Notes under the pieces: generated by a model
What the model was told of the DNA's origin: nothing
Database searches by the model: none
Seen by the model: only the letters and a program-made list of their open reading frames with translations
Origin: Eledone cirrhosa
Lineage: Eukaryota
Length of the DNA stretch: 34,350 bases
Direction: 5' to 3'
Assembly: GCA_964016885.1 (NCBI GenBank)
Contig: CAXHJY010001244.1
Coordinates: forward strand, 1 to 34,350
Shown here: piece after piece, positions 24,981 through 34,350 of the stretch
Layout of the letters: each line of letters opens with the position of its first letter
Position numbering within the stretch: the stretch's first letter is position 1
Made by a program: the position numbers and the translations under genes

Positions 24981-25312
24981 TATCTGTATTCTGGCAGCTT
25001 TCTTTGTTAAACAAAGGAGAGACTGATTTATTCAAATGATTGAAATTGTGAGTATTTGAATGTATTCCTATGTTAAGTCGTTGAATCATTAATTTTCCTG
25101 TGTTTTACTGCCAGGGTTTCTGCCTGAGACTGTTGTCTTGCAACAATTTAATGTCTGTGTGTCTGTTCCAAATGTATTCATTGAGCATGTTATAAGCAAT
25201 AACAACGAAACCGTCATATATTCGTCTAAATGCTTATTGTTACTATTGCAATTATTATTTGAAACTTCCTTTGAATTCTGCTTCTTTGCCAAATCATACC
25301 AAGTATCTTGAT

Positions 25313-25523
25313 GAGGCGGTAGATTGGTAGCATCAGACAACATGTTTTGCAGCATACAGTTACAGCCCTTTATGTTCTGAGTTCAAATCCTGCCGAGGTT
25401 GGCTTTGCCTTTCATCCTTATAGGGTCACTAAATAAAGCACCAGCTATCCACTGGGGTCAATTCAATCGACTTTCCCTTTCCCAAAAATTGCTGGCCTTG
25501 TGCCTATAGTAGAAATCATTATT
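25313..25523 (+). mobile_element. tRNA-derived SINE family B (older copy)
   Basis: gagttcaaatcctgccgagg, gcctttcatccttatagggtc, gctggccttgtgcc. Confidence 0.85.
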
Positions 25524-25530
25524 ATATATA

Positions 25531-25570
<40 letters not shown>

Positions 25571-25825
25571 CATCATCATCATCATCATCATCAACGTTTA
25601 ACGTCCGTGTTCCACGCTTGCATGGGTTTGGACGGGGGTAGTCCCACTTGAGGCAAGAGTGATTGTCTTGCTCGCATAGGACTGTCTGGCAGGTTTTCTA
25701 CAGTTGAATGCCCTTCCTAACACCAACCACATTTACAGTGTGGGTCTGGGAGGTTTTTACCGTGTTGCCTACACGGCCACATTACAGCGTGGACTGTGTT
25801 TTTTTGTCGTGACACCTACACGATC
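25571..25825 (-). mobile_element. SINE A-like / RTE-type tail fragment
   Basis: (CAT)n-tttaacgtccg...gcatgggtttggacgg, atgcccttcctaacaccaacc. Confidence 0.7.
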
Positions 25826-25962
25826 TCATTTGTTTCAGCCTGGATGGTGTGGCACCAACATAACTTTACATAGAAGGGGGCGGTATGGATGGGGTGGGGG
25901 GGTGGGACGGGGGTGTATTTTGTTAGAGATGCCTACTGACTGTAGTAGGTTTTACTTTGTAT

Positions 25963-26630
25963 TTAGGTAAGGCGGGTCTTCTCTATTACTGAGTACCGCC
26001 AAAGGTCTCGGTCCAGTGACATTGTCTTGGTGAGGTGTAAGTGTGTGAGGTCGGAGTTTATCAGCTCGTCCCAGGTTTTTCTGGGTCTGCCTATTCCGTG
26101 GCTACCGTCTATCTTTATTGCCCTGCACTTTGTTATACAGCTATCATCCTTCATGCGCATCACGTGACCATACCAACGTAGCCTTCTCTCTAGTAAACAA
26201 CATCTGATCCCTCTTATTTCTAATTTTTTCCTTAGTTCGTTTATGCTTTGTCGTTCACGTATATTACTATTACACATCCAGCGGAGCATGCAAGCTTCGT
26301 TTCTCTCTAGTCTGCGTATATCCTCTGCACACAATGCCCAGGTCTCACTGCCATGCAACATTGCTGTTCGTATGCAGGCATCGTACAGCCTGCCTTTCAT
26401 TTTTAGGGAGAACCCTTTAGCGGCTAATAGTGGTATAAGCTCTCTGAACTTTTTCCACCCAGTTCTGACTCTAGCTACTGTACTTTCAGAGCACCCTCCC
26501 CCACTGCTGATTTTGTCACCCAGGTAACGGAAGCTGTCCACTATTTCTATAGAACCCTCTGCGCAGTTGAAAGAGCTAGTATTTTGTGGGCACTTGCTGC
26601 TACTTATATCCCCAGAACACCGGCCACATG
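25963..26630 (-). mobile_element. RTE-clade LINE 3' ORF fragment
   Basis: IEIVDSFRYLGD, GWKKFREL, KGRLYDACIRTAMLHGSETW, RRLRWYGHVMRM, GRPRKTW, DRDLWR. Confidence 0.93.
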
Positions 26631-26635
26631 TAAAC

Positions 26636-26668
<33 letters not shown>

Positions 26669-26684
26669 CATATGTATTCATTTC

Positions 26685-26901
26685 ATTTCATTTTACGTCC
26701 ACTTTTCACTGCTTGCAAGGGTGGGACGGGAACTGATGCTGGCTTGATTTCTACAGCTGGATTCCCTTCCTAACACCAACCTCATTTACAGTGAGTGCTG
26801 GGTGCTTTCTTTCCATGGCACCTCCACGACCACTTGGAGTGGCATGATAGGGACCCCAGTCTTATCATCTCATTTCTACAGCTGAGTAAAATGGAGCAAT
26901 G
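26685..26901 (-). mobile_element. 5'-truncated SINE family A
   Basis: Matches 12118-12380. Confidence 0.85.
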
Positions 26902-29577
26902 TTTTTTATTTGGGTGCCCGTTTTTTTATGGGGGGAGGGGGTCCGTTTTTTATTTGGGTGCCCGTTTTTTATTTGGGTGCCCGTTTTTTATTGGGGGGGT
27001 CCGTTTCTTATTGAGGGGGGTCCGTTTTTTATTGAGAGGGGTCCGTTTATTTGGGTGCCCCATTTTTATATTTGGGTGCTCCGTTTTTTTATTAGGGTGC
27101 CCAGTTTTTTATGGGGGGGGTCCGTTTTTTATTTAGGTGCCCTGTTTTTTTAGGGGAGTCCGTTTTTTATTGGGGTGCTCCGTTTTTTTATTAGGGTGCC
27201 CCGTTTTATTATGGGGGGGTCCGTTTTTTATTTGAATGCCCGTTTTTTATTTGGGTGCCCCGTTTATTTATGGGGGGGGGTACGTTTTTTATTTGGGTGC
27301 CCCGTTTTTTTATGGGGGGGTCCGTTTTTTATTTGGGTGCCCCGTTTTTTATTTGGGTGCCCCGTTTGTTATTTGGGTGCCCCGTTTTTTTATTTGGGTG
27401 CCCCGTTTTTTATTTGGGTGCCCCGTCTTTTTTGTGGTGGGGGTCCGTTTTTTATTTGGGTGCCCCGTTCTTTTATGGGTGCCCCGTTTTTTATTTGGGT
27501 GCCACGTTTTTTTATTGGAGGGCCGTTTTTTATTTGGGTACCCCGTTTTTTTATGGGGGGGCCCGTTTTTTATTTGGGTACCCGGTTTTTTATTTGGGTG
27601 CCCCGTTTTTTTATTTGGGTGCCTCGTTTTTTTATGGGGGTGGGGTCCGTTTTTTATTTGGGTGCCCCGATTTTTATTTGGGTGCCCCGTTTTTTTATGG
27701 GGGTGCCCGGTTTTTTTATTTGGGTGCCCCGTTTTTTTATGGGGGGGTCCGTTTTTTATTGGGGTGCCCCGTTTTTTTATGGGAGTGGGCCGTTTTTTAT
27801 TTGGGTGCACCGTTTTTTATTTGGGTGCCCCGCTCTTTTATCGGGAGGGCAGTTTTTTATTTGGGTGCCCCGTTTTTTTATTTGGGTGCCCCGTTTGTTT
27901 ATAGGGGGGTCCATTTTTTATTTGGGTGCCCCGTTTTTTTAATGAGGGGCCGTTTTTTATTTGGGCGCCGCGTTATTTTATTCGGGTGCCCCTTTTTTTA
28001 TGGGGGAGGTCCGTTTTTTATTTGGGTGCCCCGTTTTTTTATGGGGGTGCCCGGTTTTTTTATTTGGGTGCCCCGTTTTTTTATGGGGGGGTCCGTTTCT
28101 TATTGGGGTGCCCCGTTTTTTTATGGGGTCCGCTTTTTATTTGGGTGCCCGTTTTTTATTTGGGTGCCCCGTTTTTTATTTGGGTGCCCCGTTTTTTATG
28201 GGGGGTCTGTCTTTTTATTATTTGGGTGCTCCGTTTTTTTATGGGGGGGGGGCCGTCTTTTATTTGGGTGCCCCGTTTTTTTATGGGGGGGTCCGTTTTT
28301 TATTTGGGTGCCCCATTTTTATGGGGGGTCCGTTTTTTATTTGGGTGTCCCGTTTTTTATTGGGTGTCCCGTTTTTTTATTTGGGTGCCCCGTTTTTTTA
28401 TGAGGGGGGTCCGTTTTTTATTTGGGTGCCCCGTTTTTTTATGGGGTGGTCCGTTTTTTATTTGGTTGCCCCGTTTTTTATTTGGGTTACCCGTTTTTTT
28501 ATGGGGGGGGGCCGTTTTTTATTTGGGTGCCCCGTTTTTTTATGGGGGGTCCGTTTTTTATTTGGGTGCCCCATTTTTATGGGGGGGTCCGTTTTTTATT
28601 TGGGTGTCCCGTTTTTTTATTTGGGTGCCCCGTTTTTTTATGGGGTGGTCCGTTTTTTATTTGGTTGTCCCGTTTTTTATTTGGGTTACCCGTTTTTTTA
28701 TGGGGGGGGGGGGGCCGTTTTTTATTTGGGTGCCCCGCTTTTTTATTTGGGGGGTCCGTTTTTTATTTCGGTGCCCCGTTTTTATTTGGCTGCCCCGTTT
28801 TTTTATTTGGGTGCCCTGTTTTTTTCATTTTGGTGCCCCGTTTTTATTTGGGTGCCCCGTTATTTTATGGGGACGTCCGTTTTTTATTTGGGTGCCCCGT
28901 TTTTTTATGGGGGTCCATTTTTTATTTGGGTGCCCCGTTTTTTTATGGGGGGTCCGTTTTTTATTTGGGTGCCCCGTTTTTTTATGGGGCGGTCCGTTTT
29001 TTATTTGGGTGCCCCGTTAATTCATGGGGGAGTTCGTTTTTTATTTGGGTGCCCCGATTTTTTATGGGGGGTCCGTTTTTTCATGGGGCGTCCGTTTTTT
29101 ATTTGGGTGCCCCGTTTTTTTATTTGGGGAGGTCCGTTTTTTATTTGGGTGCCCCGTTTTTTTATGGGGGGATCCGTTTTTTTTATTTGGGTTCCCCGTT
29201 TTTTATTTGGGTGCCACTTTTTTTATGGGGGGTCCGTTTATTATTTGGGTGCCCCGTTTTTTTATGGGGGTGGTCGGTTTTTTATTTGGGTGCCCCGTTT
29301 ATTTATGGGGGGGGGTCCGTTTTTTATTTGGGTGCCATGTTTTTTTATGGGGGGGGGGGTCCGTTTTTTATTTGGGTGCCCCGTTTTTTATGAGGGGGGG
29401 TCCGTTTTTTATTTGGGTGCCCTTTTTTTTATTTGGGAATCCCGGTTTTATTTTGGTGCCCCGTTTTTTTATGAGGGGGGTCCGTTTTTTATTTGGGTGC
29501 CCCGTTTTTTATTTGAGTGCCCCCGTTACTTATTTGGGAGCCCCGTTTTTTTATTTGGCTGCCCCGTTTTTTTATGG
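26902..29577. repeat. G/T-rich minisatellite, ~20-bp units TTTTTTATTTGGGTGCCCCG and TTTTTTTATGGGGGGGTCCG
   Basis: Over a hundred tandem units, often alternating; the long FFIWVPR-type ORFs are artefacts. Confidence 0.97.
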
Positions 29578-29590
29578 TCAACACATCTAT

Positions 29591-29701
29591 GTACTCTGAT
29601 CTGTTGACCAGAGGTGAATAATGTATTGGAGATCGAATAACGCAACATCATGCGATTAGCGAATTCTAGACCCACCTGATCAACGAAACAATTGTCAGTA
29701 C
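29591..29701 (+). ncRNA. Hammerhead-like fold with non-canonical core (CUGAUCU)
   Basis: guacu-CUGAUCU-guugaccag..ggug[...]caccugaucaac-GAAA-CAAUUG-UC-aguac. All three helices form but G8/A9 are changed. Confidence 0.55.
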
Positions 29702-29972
29702 TTTAAATAAAGTCCGTATTGTACAGCCAACCATGTTACTCTTCTTTCTTTAACTATTATTACTCCAAGTATAACCTGCAGAGAAATTACCGCCAACTCG
29801 CTGCCTAACTGTGGAAGTACACACATCCCACCACCAAATAAAAACCGCCTCGATAACCAAAAATGTGTGGATATATATATTATATATATATATATATTGT
29901 AATATATATATATATATATGTTGATTTAAAACTGAACTATCCACAAGTGTTTTTTAATCTTCATATCATGTC

Positions 29973-30054
29973 TTCCTGTTTTATCTGATGAAAACACAAA
30001 TATTATTGCATGATGATATTTGTTTTTGAAATGCGCATAATAAAATACATGGAA
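29973..30054 (+). ncRNA. Type I hammerhead ribozyme motif
   Basis: uuuuau-CUGAUGA-aaacacaaauauuauu-gcau-gaugauauuuguuuuu-GAAA-UGCGCA-UA-auaaaa. Palindromic AUGCGCAU, 15/16-bp helix II, AUA site. Confidence 0.82.
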
Positions 30055-30181
30055 CTCTTTTAACCATCTTTTGTTCTTATATATTATATATACTCCAGTC
30101 CTACAAACTGTAGAGTGCTTCTTATCCGATATCTGCATTGCTTTATTGTACTACAATAAAACTCACCTCCTACATATATAT

Positions 30182-30220
<39 letters not shown>

Positions 30221-30550
30221 AATGGAATAGAATGAAACGAAATTTCATTTCTCACTCTTAGTACGGCACACTTACTTAAATGTAAGTATGTATGTATACG
30301 TAACATACATATATGTATACAGACGTACAGTAGTATGTATATATATATATATACATGCATGCACACATATATATGCACGTATCGGTTTACCGCACATTAA
30401 TTATAATGCTCGGTTTGTTTGTTTGTAAACAAACAAACGGCCCGAATTACGCCGTACATATATGTATGTACGTATACATACATACTTATATATATATATA
30501 TAAACATTTATCGTACTGCCTCTCTGTTCTGTCCCTGTTCAATTTTTCAT

Positions 30551-30588
<38 letters not shown>

Positions 30589-31180
30589 AATATATATATA
30601 TATATACACATATATATATATATATACACAAACACACACATACACTAACACACACACACACACACATACATGCACACATATAGACCTACACAAACACACA
30701 CATACATACACAAACACATACACATTGACCTACACAAACACACACATACACAAACAAACACACATACACAAACACACAAGTACACACACATCCCACCACC
30801 AAATAAAAACCGCCTCGATAACCAAAAATGTGGGTTAGACTACCATGTACGTTAATACTCATCTTTTTCCCTTTCTCCGAGGGTTCTTAACCCCACTATC
30901 AGGCTAAATAATTTTCTTTAATTTCTTTAGTCAAAATACGGTGATAGCTTACATTTATAATTTCAAACTCGCACGCTGTTTCTAAAATATTTTTACTTGA
31001 TATATATAAGTAAGAATATTATATATAAATCAGGAAAGCCCCGATCATTTCCTTCGAATGAAACAGTTCTAGTCCTGTAGAAGCCAGCTCTCTATTAGAT
31101 ATATATACTCTGCTATGTATTGAGTACCTTACTTACTGTGGTTTACCCCTGATTGAACCTGGGATACACACACACACATG

Positions 31181-31700
31181 CACCAAATAACCCCCCCCCC
31201 CCCCAAGAAAACGGACCCCCCAACACCAACCCCAAATAAAAGAACGGACACCCCCCACCAGGTCACTCCGTTTTTTTTATTTGGGTGCCCCGTTTTTTTA
31301 TTTGGGTGCCCCGTTTTTTATTTGGGTGCCCCGTTTTTTATTTGGGTGCCCCGTTTTTTTATTTGGGTGCCTCGTTTTTTTATGAGGGGGTCCGTTTTTT
31401 ATTTGGGTGTCCCGTTTTTTTATGGGGGGGGGGTTATTCAGGTGCCCCGTTTTTTATTTGGGTGCCTCGTTTTTTTATGGGGGAGTCCGGTTTTTTATTT
31501 GGGTGCCCCGTTTTTTTATGGGGGCGTCCGTTTTTTATTTGGGTGCCCCGTTTTTTTATGGGAGGGTCCGTTTTTTATTTGGATGCCCGGTTTTTTTATT
31601 TGGGTGCCCCGTTTTTTTATTTGGGTGCCCCGTTTTTTTATTTGGGTGCCTCGTTTTTTTATGAGGGGGTCCGTTTTTTATTTGGGTGCCCCGTTTTTTT
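31181..31700. repeat. Second array of the ~20-bp G/T satellite (31268-31700) with a short inverted portion (31181-31258)
   Basis: Same units as 26902-29577; C/A-rich rc units at left. Confidence 0.93.
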
Positions 31701-31723
31701 GTGTGTATATATATAGAAGGTAT

Positions 31724-31766
31724 ACGTTGCTGACGATAGCTAATAAGCTTGAAACTAGTACAGCGT
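31724..31766 (+). ncRNA. Minimal type I hammerhead ribozyme motif
   Basis: acguug-CUGACGA-u-agcu-aaua-agcu-u-GAAA-CUAG-UA-cagcgu. Palindromic ACUAGU, 6-bp helix I, GUA site. Confidence 0.8.
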
Positions 31767-32121
31767 TCCTTTGTCAGTGTTGAACAAACGAGCAACGATG
31801 GTTGCTAGACACTACGGCTTAATACGGGATGTTTGTTTACAAACACACCGAGCATTATAATAAATGTTCGGTGAATCCATACGTACATATATATATATGT
31901 GTCCATGTATGTATATATATACATACTATTGTATGTCTGTATACATATATGTATGTACGTGTACATACTTATATTTAAGTAACAGCCGTACTAAGAGTGG
32001 GAAATGAAATTTCGTTTCATTTTTTCCGTTTATATATATATATATATATATATTTCATTCGCACCGTTTCCTTTCGCTATATGTCTCTCCACCACTCCCC
32101 CTACACACCTTTTGAACTCTC

Positions 32122-32153
32122 ACCTGAAGAAGGGCTTATGCCCGAAACGTCGT
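32122..32153 (+). ncRNA. Minimal Penelope-type hammerhead motif
   Basis: ac-CUGAAGA-a-gggc-uuau-gccc-GAAA-CG-UC-gu. ACGU palindrome, GUC site, helix I only 2 bp; AATAAA ~40 nt downstream. Confidence 0.6.
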
Positions 32154-32528
32154 CCCCCACCTACCCCCCACTCTCCTGAGCGTGAATTTAATAAACATTT
32201 ATCGTACTGCCTCTCTGTTCTGTCCCTGTTCAATTTTTCATTATATATATATATATATATATGGAATAGAATGAAACGAAATTTCATTTCTCACTCTCAG
32301 TATGACACTTACTTAAATGTAAGTATGTATGTATACGTACATACATATATGTATACAGACGTACAGTAGTATGTATATATATACATACATGCACACACAT
32401 ATATATATGCACGTATCGGTTTACCGAACATTTATTATAATGCTCGGTTTGTTTGTATGTAAACAAACAGCCCGAATTACGCCGTACATATATGTATGTG
32501 CGTATACATACATACATACATACATACT

Positions 32529-32562
<34 letters not shown>

Positions 32563-32831
32563 TACACACATATATATACACAAACACACACATACACTAA
32601 CACACACACACACACACACACACATACATGCACACACATAGACCTACACAAACACACACACATACATACACAAACACACACACACATAGACCTACACAAA
32701 CACACATACACAAACAAACACACATACACAAACAAACACACAAGTACACACACATCCCACCACCAAATAAAAACCGCCTCGATAACCAAAAATGTGGGTT
32801 TGACTCCCATGTACGTCAATACTCATCTTTT

Positions 32832-34350
32832 TCAATACTCATCAGATAATGGAGCGGGGGACTCTGTCAAAGGCTTTTTCCAGGTCTATGAAAGTTAAGT
32901 AGAGGGGTTTACTTTTAGCTCAGTACTTCTCCTGTAATTGTCGTACAATGAAAAGAGCGTCTGTGGTACTTTTACCTGACACAAACCCGAACTGCATTTC
33001 ATCTAGATCAATTCGCTCTCTGATTAGTTACGCTATTACTTTTTCTGTGACTTTCATGACCTGGTCAATTAACTTAATGCCTCTATAGTTTCCTCTATCT
33101 AGAGCGTCCCCTTTACCCTTGTAGCAGTTAATGATGATGCTGCTACGCCAGTCTTTTGGTATGACCCCATTCTGTATGGTTAACTATACGGGTGACCATA
33201 GTATGTCCCACCATTCCAGATGCCTTCAACATCTCAGCAACTATCTCCGAAGGCCCAGCTGCCTTGCCTGTCTTCATATCTTTGATTGCCTTACTTATTA
33301 TACTACCTTTAACTTGCACCGCTGGTCCTTCTATTGGATCGATTTGGGGCAGACTATCTTTTTCCCACTTATTCTCCTCATTTAATAGTCTCACATAGTG
33401 ACACTTCCAGGCTATCTTCTTATCAGCATCAGTGAGGGCAAGTACACCGTTATCATTACGGACACACTTCTCCCCGACAATATCAGGGTTTTCCTTGACA
33501 CATTGTCTAGCAATCCTGAACACTTCACGTTTTTGGTCCTCATGTTGTAGAACATGCTTGAACTTTCTATCCTCTGCTACCCTTTTGCAAGGTACACTTG
33601 TCTCCTAGCTTCTCTCCTGGCCACTTGATAGTGCTCTCTACTTCCCCCCATCCTGCCATACTTTCCAAGCCTGCTTTTTGACCTTGATTGTCTCTTCTAC
33701 CTTACTGTTCCTCCACCAAGTTACTCTCCTCCTGCCAATAGGTCTGCTCCAGCCTCAGATTTCATCCGTTGCTTTCAGCAGGTTCACTTTCAAGAATTGC
33801 CACTGTTCCTCTATATCGCATGTCTCTAATTGCTCTTCCTTATTGTCAAAGGCATAAAGTAATAAGCTTTTAAATTTGTCACTGGCTATGGGATCCTTCA
33901 ACTTCCATATTCTTCTCCTCAAGGGAGGCCTCCTCTGTCATCGAGTACGTCTATTCCTGACTATGTGGTCACTAACTACTAGGCTATGGTGGGAGGTGCA
34001 TTCTTCACGGTGGGGTGTGTGTGTGTGTGGGGGGGGGGTTAGTGTTTACAACAGACACTTTGTCCCGTCTTCTAGTAAGGATATAATCTATCTGGCTGGC
34101 GTGTTCCCCTGATCTATAGGTGATCAAAGTGGTTTTCACGTTTTTTGTGTTACAGGTTATTGGCGTCACAGAATTCCAGAATTCTGAAGCCTTCCTCATT
34201 TCTATTTCCAACCCCATAGCCTCCATGGATTCCATCATAGCCATCACTATGTTGTCCAACGTGGCCGTTTAGATCACCAGCAATAATTAAGTAGTCACTG
34301 TCGGTTATTTGGGAGTTGGTCTGCATTAGCATCTCATAGAACCTGTGATT
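32832..34350 (-). mobile_element. RTE-clade LINE, APE + N-terminal RT, frameshifted, 3'-truncated; runs off window
   Basis: IIAGDLNGHVG..GYGVGNRNEEG.RILEFCDANNL, ITYRSG..SQIDYIL, GKAAGPS.IVAEML, NYRGIKL, MQFGF, IDLEKAFDRVP. Confidence 0.93.

Larger units (their letters stand above)
30222..32831. repeat. Local segmental duplication: 30222-30867 direct with 32261-32831, plus inverted partial copy 31813-32021
   Basis: Shared unique blocks atggaatagaatgaaacgaaatttc, cacgtatcggtttaccg, cccaccaccaaataaaaaccgcctcgataacc (also at 29826). Confidence 0.92.

Noticed and set aside
25171-25222. Possible decayed hammerhead (aatgtat-tcattga-..tgttat/ataaca..-GAAAccgtc-atatatt)
   Set aside because: Core too degenerate to call; AT-rich helices could be chance
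26795-29607. Long ORFs (up to 548 aa) of FFIWVPRF/FYLGAPF type
   Set aside because: Translations of a stop-poor satellite, open in all frames with indel-variable units
32826-32845. Minus-strand CTGATGA-gtatt-GAAA
   Set aside because: No helix II; lies in RTE coding sequence at a junction

Overview
Eukaryotic, AT-rich, repeat-saturated intergenic or intronic window. The SINE and LINE families and the massive (TA)n/(CA)n tracts suggest a cephalopod (octopus-like) genome, which is an inference. No host gene can be supported, and nearly all ORF-track entries are microsatellite or satellite artefacts. Recognisable coding relics are a 5'-truncated, frameshifted Tx1/L1-clade LINE (~3790-7096, -) and several RTE LINE fragments. 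Two tRNA-derived SINE families, a piggyBac-type TTAA MITE, CR1/L2-like tails and a G/T-rich ~20-bp satellite (26902-29577, 31268-31700) are also present. The main unexpected signal is at least nine type I hammerhead-ribozyme motifs found by eye (CUGANGA...GAAA...NUH with pairing helices I-III), plus several degenerate or half motifs. They differ in sequence, most have palindromic helix III, and helix II ranges from 13 to 115 nt. Most sit in non-coding islands inside (TA)n tracts, several between inverted repeats. This looks like a diverse set of non-autonomous Penelope-like or retrozyme-like ribozyme elements.
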